Shown piece by piece: positions 17,610 through 25,384 of a stretch of DNA of 64,000 nt. The stretch is from an uncultured Acidobacteriota bacterium. Lineage in GTDB: Bacteria; Acidobacteriota; Vicinamibacteria; Vicinamibacterales; JAKQTR01. Within the stretch, counting starts at the first letter, position 1. Each line of letters starts with the position of its first letter. A model generated the notes under the pieces. That model made no database searches. It was not told where the DNA came from and saw nothing but the letters and a program-made list of their open reading frames with translations. Location: assembly GCA_963700065.1 (NCBI GenBank), contig CAVOWJ010000005.1, forward strand, positions 620,953 to 684,952, read 5' to 3'. The position numbers and the translations under genes are program-made.

Positions 17610-18073
17610 AGCGCACGCTGACGATGGCAACGGTACTTGGGGTCGGGATGGCGCTGTGCGCGGCGTGCGTGGAGACCAAGCACGAAGGGCCGACGTCGCC
17701 TTCGGAGGTCGCCAAGGTCCTGGCGACGGGCAGTTGGACGTCGGCCGCCACGGCGGCGCCGGCGGGCCTCAACGTGGGCTCGTGCGGCAACCTCGAGTGG
17801 AAGATCACATCGATGACCGACACCGCCGCCGCCGGCACCTTCAAGGCGGTCTGCGGCGGCGGTCTCACGCTCGAAGGCGCGGCGGAAGGCAAGCTCAACG
17901 GCCTGACGGCGGACCTCAAGGCGAGCGGGAGCGTGTCGGGCGCCGGGATGACCTGCCCGTTCTCGATGACGGGCACGGCCGTGCCGGAAGGCCTCGACAA
18001 GGTGCGCATCAACTACAGCGGCACCACCTGCCTTGGCCCGGTGTCGGGCTCGGAGGTGCTGACGAAACGGTAG
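17606..18073 (+). CDS. Secreted or lipoprotein-like hypothetical protein
   Basis: ATG 17606 overlaps the NUDIX stop (ATGA), with GGAGAA upstream. Signal/lipobox-like MKRTLTMATVLGVGMALCAAC. Confidence 0.55.
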   Translation: MKRTLTMATVLGVGMALCAACVETKHEGPTSPSEVAKVLATGSWTSAATAAPAGLNVGSCGNLEWKITSMTDTAAAGTFKAVCGGGLTLEGAAEGKLNGLTADLKASGSVSGAGMTCPFSMTGTAVPEGLDKVRINYSGTTCLGPVSGSEVLTKR

Positions 18074-18078
18074 GCAGA

Positions 18079-18100
18079 CCCCGGGTCTGAAGACCCGGGG
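18079..18100. terminator. Hairpin ccccgggtc-tgaa-gacccgggg; copy 3
   Basis: 9-bp perfect stem between the convergent lipoprotein gene and thiI, followed by gctccatca as in copy 1. Confidence 0.5.
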
Positions 18101-18136
18101 CTCCATCAGGAGCAGCTGGAGGCCGGGCCCTGGAGG

Positions 18137-19318
18137 TCAGGGCTTCAGCCCTGACTGGGGCGGGTATCTGGACTCCTCGGTCGTCGTGCCTTCCACGGCG
18201 GCCTTCACCATGTCCTCGATCGGCAGCTTCGATTCCGCGGCCTCCACCTGCCAGTGGCGCGCGTGCGTCTCGGGGCTGCGCGGCGTGAACAGCTGGCAGC
18301 AGTCCTGGTCGGGGATGATCGAGATGTCGTAGGTGCCGATCCGGATCGCCTCGGCGACGATTTCCTCCTTGTCCATCCCGACCAGCGGCCGCAGGATCGG
18401 CATCCGCGAAGCGCCGGCAATCACCGTGAGGTTCTCGAGCGTCTGTGACGCCACCTGGCCGATCACCTCCCCGGTGACGAGGGCCTTGGCGCGGCAGTCG
18501 CGCGCGATGCGTTCGGCGATGCGGAGCATGAGGCGCCTGTAGATCACGACGCGCAGGGGAGCCGGCACGCTCAGCACCACCTGCCGCTGCAGCTCCCCGA
18601 ACGCGACGAGCTTCAGCGTGGTCCGCATCTGGTGCCGCGTGAGCACGTCGACGATCTCGCGCACCTTCTCCTGCGACGCGCGCGACAGGAACGGGTAGCT
18701 GTGGAAGTGCACGGGCACCACCGAGCAGCCGCGCTTCATCAGCCGCCACGCGGCCACCGGCGAGTCGATGCCGCCCGACATCAGGCACGCCACGCGGCCG
18801 CTCACGCCGGTGGGCATGCCGCCCGCGCCCCGCTCCTTCCCGAACGAGTAGAACGCCTGGTTCGCGAGCACCTCCACCATCACGGTCATGTCGGGGTGAT
18901 CGAGGCTCACTGTCCAGCCGAACCGCTCGACGATGCGCGCGCCCAGCTCGCGCTCGAGCTGCGGCGACGTCATCGGGAACGTCTTGTCGCCGCGCTTGGC
19001 ACTCACCCGGAACGTCACCGGCGGGTGCCCCTCGAGATCGGCGACGACGGCCGCCGCGATGCCGTCGAACGTGCGAGGCGCCCGCCCGGCCTTCGAGAAG
19101 TTGGCGATGCCGAACACGCGGCGGACGCGCTCCCCCACCTGCTCGTAGCTCGCCGAGGGGCCGAGCACGATCTCGATGCGGCCCATCAGCGCGCGCACGT
19201 CCTTCACGTCGAGGCCAGCGGTCTGCTTCCGCAGGTTGTGGACGAGCTTGCTGATGAAGTACGGGCGGTTGCGTCCCTTGAGGGCGATTTCCTGGTAGTG
19301 GACGACGATGGAAGTCAT
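18137..19318 (-). CDS. thiI: tRNA 4-thiouridine synthase ThiI
   Basis: THUMP-like N-terminus. PP-loop SGGIDSPVAAW. 393 aa. Confidence 0.9.
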   Translation of the reverse strand: MTSIVVHYQEIALKGRNRPYFISKLVHNLRKQTAGLDVKDVRALMGRIEIVLGPSASYEQVGERVRRVFGIANFSKAGRAPRTFDGIAAAVVADLEGHPPVTFRVSAKRGDKTFPMTSPQLERELGARIVERFGWTVSLDHPDMTVMVEVLANQAFYSFGKERGAGGMPTGVSGRVACLMSGGIDSPVAAWRLMKRGCSVVPVHFHSYPFLSRASQEKVREIVDVLTRHQMRTTLKLVAFGELQRQVVLSVPAPLRVVIYRRLMLRIAERIARDCRAKALVTGEVIGQVASQTLENLTVIAGASRMPILRPLVGMDKEEIVAEAIRIGTYDISIIPDQDCCQLFTPRSPETHARHWQVEAAESKLPIEDMVKAAVEGTTTEESRYPPQSGLKP

Positions 19319-19325
19319 GAAGGTC

Positions 19326-19360
19326 GGGACTCGGGATTCGGGACTCGGGATTCGGGCCCG
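19326..19360. repeat. Heptamer array of alternating GGGACTC/GGGATTC
   Basis: gggactc gggattc gggactc gggattc gggcccg, between the hpnE stop and the thiI start. Confidence 0.85.
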
Positions 19361-19390
19361 AGAGTTCAGACAGTAACACGCAACGGACCG

Positions 19391-20755
19391 CTAGCGGCTT
19401 CCGGCGGACACCGCCTCCGCGGCCCGGTGGCCGCCGAGCGCGGCGCTTTCAATCGTACCCGGCAATCCGGTGTCGGTCCAATCGCCTCCCAGGAAGAACC
19501 CGGCAAGCGCCGTCGCGCCAGGCGCAGGCCGCGCCGGCTGGCCCGGCGCCAGCGAGAACGTGGCGCGGCGCTCGCGAACCACCGACCCGTGGCGCACGAC
19601 GGCCGCGCGAGCGGCCGGCAGCGCGTCCCGCAACTCGCGAAGCGCGAGGCCGACGACAGCCTCGTTGCCCAGTTCCGCCACGCCGGCTGCGCCGCTCGAG
19701 ACAAGCGAGAGGTGCCTGGATGCGGTGCCCGTGATGGCGCCGCGGTCGAAGACCCACTGCATCGTGCGGCCGGGCAGTCCCACGAACGGCGTGGTCAGGA
19801 CCCGGCGGTCGAGCCAGAGGTTCACGGTGACGATGGGATACGAGGCCATGCGCGCCGCGCCGGCGACGAGCGGCCCGAGCGCGGCCGGCACATCGTCGAA
19901 GAGCGCGGCCAGCGCGAACCACGGCACGCACGCAATCACGGTCTGTGCGCGCACGGCCCGGCCGCCGCGGGCGCGCACGCCGGCTGCGCGGCCGCCCTCG
20001 ACGGTGACCCTGGCGAGGGCGTTGGTCCAGATCGTGCCGCCGCGCTGCTCGATGAAGGTGCGGGCGGGCGCGGCGTACATCGCCTCGAGCGAGACGGCCG
20101 GGAATGCGATCGACGCGGCCTGTGGATCCGGCCCGAACATCTCGGCGAGCACGCGCACGAAGGTGGGCGCCGCGGCTTCGTGCGGGGGCTGATTCAGGGC
20201 CGCCAGCGCCAGCGGATCCCAGAGCATCTCGCGCAGCCGCGGCGTCTGGCCGTTGCGCACGAGCCAGTTCTCGACGGTCTCCTCGGGCGAACACGCCATC
20301 CGTTCCGATCGCCCGCGCAGCCGTTTCTGCTCCGTTCTGACGGGTGCGCCCAGCCGCAGCACGGACAGGCGGTCCTTCCAGCCGAGCGCATCCCACTCGA
20401 TCACGCCGCCGAGCAGGTGCCACGGGGCCGGCAGCGGCGGGCACGAGAGCACCGACGCCCGGCCCGCGCTGTCGATCGACGGCACCGCCAGTGATGGCTG
20501 CACGCGCACATGCTGCATCGCGCCGATGCGCCGCAGGAACGCGAGCGTCTCGCGGTAGCAGCCCATGAGGATGTGCTGCCCGTTGTCGACGGCGTCGCCC
20601 GTCGCGGCATCCGTGAACGAGCTGGCACGCCCGCCCAGGGAGGGCCGGGCCTCGACCACGACGACGGCGGCGCCCCGTTCGGCGAGCGAGACGGCCGCCG
20701 CGAGGCCGGCCACCCCGCCGCCGATGACAACGACGTCGGCCGTGGTTGCGCTCAT
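19391..20755 (-). CDS. hpnE: FAD-dependent hydroxysqualene dehydroxylase (HpnE-type amine oxidase/desaturase)
   Basis: N-terminal dinucleotide fold VVVIGGGVAGLAAAVSLAERGAAVVVVEARPSLGGRA. Position directly after hpnC and hpnD. Confidence 0.8.
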   Translation of the reverse strand: MSATTADVVVIGGGVAGLAAAVSLAERGAAVVVVEARPSLGGRASSFTDAATGDAVDNGQHILMGCYRETLAFLRRIGAMQHVRVQPSLAVPSIDSAGRASVLSCPPLPAPWHLLGGVIEWDALGWKDRLSVLRLGAPVRTEQKRLRGRSERMACSPEETVENWLVRNGQTPRLREMLWDPLALAALNQPPHEAAAPTFVRVLAEMFGPDPQAASIAFPAVSLEAMYAAPARTFIEQRGGTIWTNALARVTVEGGRAAGVRARGGRAVRAQTVIACVPWFALAALFDDVPAALGPLVAGAARMASYPIVTVNLWLDRRVLTTPFVGLPGRTMQWVFDRGAITGTASRHLSLVSSGAAGVAELGNEAVVGLALRELRDALPAARAAVVRHGSVVRERRATFSLAPGQPARPAPGATALAGFFLGGDWTDTGLPGTIESAALGGHRAAEAVSAGSR

Positions 20756-20756
20756 G

Positions 20757-21596
20757 TCAGAGGCCGATCATGGTGGAAAGCCAGACCGAGGCGGCGATGC
20801 TCACCTGCCGCCAGCGCGGCACGCGCACCGGGGCGCCGAAGACGTCGAACCCGCCCGTCTCGATCCGCTGCAGCAGCTGGAGGTAGATCGCGCCCATGAT
20901 GCGGGCGGCCACGAAACGCCTCGCGTCCTCGGGCGGCAGCTCGCCCGCGGCCTTCGCGTAGTGATCGCGCGCGCGGCGCGATTCGAACTCGAGCAGCGCC
21001 CGCACGCCGCTGCTCGAGGTGCCCGCGCGGAGGTCGTCCTCGGTTACGCCGAATCGCGCAAGGTCTTCGGTGGGCAGATAGAGGCGGCCAGCCGAAAGGT
21101 CGCGGCCGAGATCGCGCAGGATGTTGGTCAGCTGCAGCGCGATGCCGAGGTCGATGGCGTACTGGCGGCTGCTCGCGTTGGTGTACCCGAAGATCTCGAT
21201 GCACACGATGCCGACGGCCGACGCGACGCGCAGGCAATACTCGCGAAGGTCGTCGAACGAGCGGAACCGCGGCCGGTCGAGATCGATCTCGACGCCGTCG
21301 ATGACGTCCTCGAACGGCCGCCTCGGCAGCTTGAAGGCGGCGATGTGCGGCAGCAGCGCCGCGCCCTGGCTCGTGCGCGGCTGCCCGCCCTCGAAGCACG
21401 CCGCCAGTTCGTCGCGCCATCCCGCCAGCGCATCGGCGGCCGCGCGCCTCGCTTCCTCGGTCGCCAGCTGCCCCGCCCGCTCGTCGACATCGTCGTCGAC
21501 GGCGCGGAAGAAGTCCCAGACGGCGATAATGGCGCGCCGCTTGTGCTCGGGGAGCACCAGGAAGGAGTAGTAGAAGCTCGTGTCGCGGCGGGCCAT
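20757..21596 (-). CDS. hpnD: Presqualene diphosphate synthase (HpnD; squalene/phytoene synthase family)
   Basis: Start at MARRDTSFYYSF. Asp-rich motifs FFRAVDDDVDE and ILRDLGRDLSAGRLYLP. Confidence 0.8.
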   Translation of the reverse strand: MARRDTSFYYSFLVLPEHKRRAIIAVWDFFRAVDDDVDERAGQLATEEARRAAADALAGWRDELAACFEGGQPRTSQGAALLPHIAAFKLPRRPFEDVIDGVEIDLDRPRFRSFDDLREYCLRVASAVGIVCIEIFGYTNASSRQYAIDLGIALQLTNILRDLGRDLSAGRLYLPTEDLARFGVTEDDLRAGTSSSGVRALLEFESRRARDHYAKAAGELPPEDARRFVAARIMGAIYLQLLQRIETGGFDVFGAPVRVPRWRQVSIAASVWLSTMIGL

Positions 21597-21604
21597 GGCG
21601 ATGA

Positions 21605-22597
21605 TCAGGCCGCCCGGGGCCGGCTCCAGGAGACCGCGCTCCAGACGAGCGCCGGGACGTCGGCAGCGCCAAGCGTTGGCCGCGACGTGAAGACATCGAA
21701 GCCCGAACGCTCGAGGCGTTCGAGCACGCGCACGCCGCCGAGCCACGTCAGCCGCAGCTCGTACCGCAGGCGGCCCTCGAGGCCGTCGGCCACGGCGCGG
21801 CCGTCGTCGAACAGCGCACGGGTGCGCTCGGCCATCTCGAACATCACGGCACGCCAGGCCGGCGACATCGAGCGCGCGTCGAGATCGCCTTCGGACGCGC
21901 CGACGCGTTCGCGATCCTCGCGCGGCACGTAGAGACGGCCCTTCCGCCAGTCGCGCTCGAGATCCTGCCAGAAGTTGGTGAGCTGGAGCGCCGTGCAGAC
22001 CGCGTCGGAGGCTGCGTCGAGTCGGGCGTCGGCACGCCCGGCCACGCGAAGCACCAGGCGGCCCACCGGGTTCGCCGAGCGCCGGCAGTAGTCCATGACA
22101 TCGGCCCACGTCTCGTAGCGCGTCGTGACAACATCCTGCCGGAAGGCCGACAGCAGATCCTCGAACAGGCCGACCGGCAGTGAAAGCGTACCGATGGTGC
22201 GGGAGAGGGCGAGGAAGATGGCGTCGGCTTCAGGGACAAGGGGCAAGGGGCCTGGGGCAAGGGGCCTGGGGCATGGGCTTGCCTCGACGAAGCCGACGGA
22301 GGCTTCTGCCGAGCCGGACGGAGGCGCAGTCGGGGGCTCGGGGCTCGGGCGAACCGCCGGTCTGCTGCGCTCGCACGCCGACAGGCGAGCGCCCCAGTCG
22401 TCGAGCAGCGCGAGGCGATCGGCGGCCGGCACGTCGCCTTCGTCGGCGAAGTCGTCGGCGGTGCGGGCGAACGCGTAGATGGCCGCGATGTGCGGGCGCA
22501 TCGCGGCCGGAAGCAGGAACGAGGCGACGGGAAAGTTCTCGTAGTGCCGGCGGGCGATGCGCTCGCAGACCCCGTAGGCCTCGCCGGCGGTCACCAC
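21605..22597 (-). CDS. hpnC: Hydroxysqualene synthase (HpnC; squalene/phytoene synthase family) carrying a repeat-encoded in-frame insertion
   Basis: ERIARRHYENFPVAS, FARTADDFADE and NFWQDLERDWRKGRLYVP. A GTG start overlaps the upstream stop (GTGGTGA at 22591-22597). About 45 aa (RPAVRPSPEPP...PLPLVPE) are encoded by the heptamer/core element at 22233-22350. Confidence 0.75.
   Translation of the reverse strand: MVTAGEAYGVCERIARRHYENFPVASFLLPAAMRPHIAAIYAFARTADDFADEGDVPAADRLALLDDWGARLSACERSRPAVRPSPEPPTAPPSGSAEASVGFVEASPCPRPLAPGPLPLVPEADAIFLALSRTIGTLSLPVGLFEDLLSAFRQDVVTTRYETWADVMDYCRRSANPVGRLVLRVAGRADARLDAASDAVCTALQLTNFWQDLERDWRKGRLYVPREDRERVGASEGDLDARSMSPAWRAVMFEMAERTRALFDDGRAVADGLEGRLRYELRLTWLGGVRVLERLERSGFDVFTSRPTLGAADVPALVWSAVSWSRPRAA
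22233..22350. repeat. Heptamer arrays flanking the conserved core, located inside the hpnC coding sequence
   Basis: gggacaa ggggcaa ggggcct ggggcaa ggggcct ggggcat, then core tgcctcgacgaagccgacggaggc...ccggacggaggcgcagtc, then gggggctc ggggctc. The core is homologous to the non-coding copy at 15382-15449. Confidence 0.85.
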
Positions 22598-23124
22598 TCG
22601 GCCTCGGCCACCCCGGCGCGGCTGTTCACCACGCGAGCGAGCACGAACAGCAGGTCCGACAGGCGGTTCATGTAGGCGAGGAACTCGACCTCGAGCACGG
22701 CCAGCGCCACCATGCGCCGCTCGGCGCGCCGGCAGACCGTGCGCGCGAGATGAAGCGCGGCCGCCGCGGAGGTGCCGCCCGGCAGGATGAAGCGGCGCAG
22801 CGGCTTCAGCTCCTCCTCGCACGTGTCGATCCAGCCCTCGAGTCTGGCGACGTCGGCAGGGCCGAGCGCGACCTTCGTCACGCGGTCGGCGATCCGCTCG
22901 GCCGGATCCGCAAGGCGCGAGCCGAGCGCGAACAGGTCGCGTTGGATCTGCCCCAGCATCTCCTCGATGTCCTTGTCGACGCCGCTCGCACGCGCCACGC
23001 CGACGGCCGCGTTCGCCTCGTCGACCTCGCCGTAGGCGTCCACGCGCGGGTCCGACTTGGCGATCCGCGTGCCGTCGAAGAGCGTCGTGGCGCCGCCGTC
23101 CCCGGTTCGTGTGTAGATCTTCAT
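22591..23124 (-). CDS. PduO-type ATP:cob(I)alamin adenosyltransferase
   Basis: Start MKIYTRTGDGGATTLFDG. FILPGG and LHLARTVCRRAER are typical of the family. Confidence 0.85.
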   Translation of the reverse strand: MKIYTRTGDGGATTLFDGTRIAKSDPRVDAYGEVDEANAAVGVARASGVDKDIEEMLGQIQRDLFALGSRLADPAERIADRVTKVALGPADVARLEGWIDTCEEELKPLRRFILPGGTSAAAALHLARTVCRRAERRMVALAVLEVEFLAYMNRLSDLLFVLARVVNSRAGVAEAEW

Positions 23125-23133
23125 GCAGGTTGA

Positions 23134-23160
23134 ATTATAAGTGTGGAGATGGAGTTTCAA
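23134..23160 (-). promoter_or_regulatory. Candidate sigma70 promoter (TTGAAA-15 nt-TATAAT) giving a leaderless or near-leaderless transcript
   Basis: On the minus strand, TTGAAA (23160-23155) and TATAAT (23139-23134). The -10 ends 9 nt before ATG 23124. This is an AT-rich pair in otherwise GC-rich DNA. Confidence 0.4.
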
Positions 23161-23192
23161 CACCGTAACAGGCGGAGCCCGGCGGACGGCCG

Positions 23193-23915
23193 ATGACGGC
23201 CCGGAAGGCAGCACGGAAGAGCGCCTCCCAACGCCTGCCCGACCTGCCCACACCAGTACCGGCCGCGCGCCAGCGGTTCCGGCGGACGCTGCTGCACTGG
23301 TACGACCGGCACGGCCGCGACCTGCCGTGGCGCCGCACCGACGATCCGTACCACATCCTGGTGTCGGAGATCATGCTGCAGCAGACCCAGGTTGACCGCG
23401 TGCTGCCGAAGTACCACGAATGGCTCGGCAAGTTCCCGTCGCTCCGCGCGCTGGCGGGCGCCGGCGAGGAGGCGGCCGTCCGGACCTGGTATCCCCTCGG
23501 CTACAACATCAGGCCGCGGAGGCTCCACGCAATCGCGCGCGAAGCCGTCGCCAGCTACGGCGGCGAGCTCCCCGACGATGAGGCGACGCTGCGGTCGTTC
23601 AAGGGCATCGGCCCCTATACGGCCGGGGCGTTGATGAGCTTTGCGTTCAGGCGGCGCGCGCCGATTCTCGACACCAACGTCGCCCGGGTCCTCTTCCGCG
23701 TCATCGTCGGCCGCGGCGACGCGAAATCCCACCGGATGAAGCAGCACCTGTGGAGAGTGTCGGCCCTGATGGTGCCGCACAAGCGGGCGTTCGACTTCAA
23801 TCAGGCCATCATGGATTTCGGCGCCATGGTCTGCACGGCGCGCAAGCCGAAGTGCGCCGCGTGCCCCATGTCCGGCATGTGCCGGTCGTTCCCATTCGAC
23901 GCGAGCGAAAAATAG
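23193..23915 (+). CDS. mutY: HhH-GPD adenine glycosylase, MutY-like catalytic domain only
   Basis: PYHILVSEIMLQQTQV, HhH FKGIGPYTAGALMSFAF, and Fe-S loop CTARKPKCAACPMSGMC. There is no fused C-terminal NUDIX-like domain. Confidence 0.75.
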   Translation: MTARKAARKSASQRLPDLPTPVPAARQRFRRTLLHWYDRHGRDLPWRRTDDPYHILVSEIMLQQTQVDRVLPKYHEWLGKFPSLRALAGAGEEAAVRTWYPLGYNIRPRRLHAIAREAVASYGGELPDDEATLRSFKGIGPYTAGALMSFAFRRRAPILDTNVARVLFRVIVGRGDAKSHRMKQHLWRVSALMVPHKRAFDFNQAIMDFGAMVCTARKPKCAACPMSGMCRSFPFDASEK

Positions 23916-24322
23916 TGCCTGGCCCCATTTCCCGGATAGTCGTGACGGCGGCGGTGGTCGAGCGGGAGGGCGCGTTTCTTCTGACGCGGCGCCTCGACGG
24001 CACCCACCTGGCCGGCCATTGGGAGTTCCCCGGCGGCAAGGTGCACGCCGGCGAGACGCTGCAGGAAAGCCTGGCCCGCGAAATCCGCGAGGAGCTCGAC
24101 GCCGAGATCGCCGTCGGCGACGAGATCCTGGCCACCGTACACGACTACCCGGAGCGATCGATCGAATTGCGGTTCTTCCGCTGCACGCTCAGGTCAGAGC
24201 CGAAGCCCGTCCTGGGGCAGGAGATGCGGTGGGTGCCGCTCGGCGAACTGGCGTCCATCCAGCTTCCTCCGGCCGACGACGAACTGGTCCGCCGGCTCGT
24301 TGGGGGTCAGAGTCGTCTCTGA
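23915..24322 (+). CDS. NUDIX hydrolase, MutT-like
   Basis: A GTG start overlaps the mutY stop (TAGTG). NUDIX box GGKVHAGETLQESLAREIREELD. Confidence 0.75.
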   Translation: MPGPISRIVVTAAVVEREGAFLLTRRLDGTHLAGHWEFPGGKVHAGETLQESLAREIREELDAEIAVGDEILATVHDYPERSIELRFFRCTLRSEPKPVLGQEMRWVPLGELASIQLPPADDELVRRLVGGQSRL

Positions 24323-24327
24323 CCCCA

Positions 24328-25317
24328 TCAGCGGACGAAGGGTAACTCGACGACCGTCGCGCTGAGCGAATCGTCGCCTGCCGCGACGGCCACCGTCGTC
24401 CCAGGCTCGACGAAGTCGCGGTGGACGTATCCGAGCGCGACCGGCCTGCCGAGCGAAGGCGACATCACCGCGCTGGTCACGCGGCCAATCTCCTTCCCGC
24501 CGCCGGAGATCGCGGCGCCCGTGGCCGGAACCGTGTCGCCCTCGATGCTCAGACCGACCAGCTTTCGCGCCACCTTTCCATGGCCGCGGTCCCTGATGCG
24601 CACGAGGACTTCCTGGCCTGGAAAGCAGCCCTTCAGGTAGCTGACGGCCGTGGTTTCGATGCCGGCCTCGGATGGAATCGTGTCGCCGTTCATGTCGACG
24701 AGAAACGCGGGCTCGCCGGCCTCGACGCGCAGCGTTTCGGCCACCTCGGGCGGCAGGATGGCCGCGCCTGCCGCGAAGATCTCCTGGGCGAGGCCCGGCA
24801 TCACGTCGCGCGGGGCGAACACGAGAATGCCCGGCAGGCCCATCGCGTCCCGGCGGGCCGCCACGACGGGCTGGCCGCCGCGCTCGAGCTTGACGCTCTG
24901 GAACGGCCCGAACCCTGTCAGCCCGGCGCCCAGCACGCCGCCGGCCAGCGCCGCCGCCGTTGGCCCGTACACGCCGATACACCCCAGCCCGCCGCTCATG
25001 TCGCCGAGCTGCACGTCCTCGCTGAAGATCATCTGCTCGAAGCGCTGCAGCACGGCGTCCTTCACCTCGCACCGCATGTCGAGCAGCGTCACGTCGCCCA
25101 GCTCGAACACGTTCATGTCGGCGACCATGCGGCCCTGCGGCGTCAGCAGCGCCGCGTAGCAGCCGGTTCCCGGCGCGAGCAGGGCGATGTCATTGGTGAG
25201 CAGGGCGTGCAGGAACGTCCTGCGGTCGGCCCCGCGCAGGGCGATGCGCCCGCGGGCGCCGAGGTCGGTCAGCACCGCGCCGTTTCGCGCGGCCAGATAC
25301 TCGGGTGATGCGTGCAT
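24328..25317 (-). CDS. Folate-binding YgfZ/GcvT-like protein
   Basis: 329 aa. Aminomethyltransferase-fold pattern GRIALRGADRRTFLHALLTNDI...YAALLTPQGRM and C-terminal KGCFPGQE. Confidence 0.75.
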   Translation of the reverse strand: MHASPEYLAARNGAVLTDLGARGRIALRGADRRTFLHALLTNDIALLAPGTGCYAALLTPQGRMVADMNVFELGDVTLLDMRCEVKDAVLQRFEQMIFSEDVQLGDMSGGLGCIGVYGPTAAALAGGVLGAGLTGFGPFQSVKLERGGQPVVAARRDAMGLPGILVFAPRDVMPGLAQEIFAAGAAILPPEVAETLRVEAGEPAFLVDMNGDTIPSEAGIETTAVSYLKGCFPGQEVLVRIRDRGHGKVARKLVGLSIEGDTVPATGAAISGGGKEIGRVTSAVMSPSLGRPVALGYVHRDFVEPGTTVAVAAGDDSLSATVVELPFVR

Positions 25318-25384
25318 CGCTGGCGCCTCCAGACAGGCCGGCAGGCGGGCCCCGGCCCGGTCCGCGCGCCGCCGGATTGCTGAT

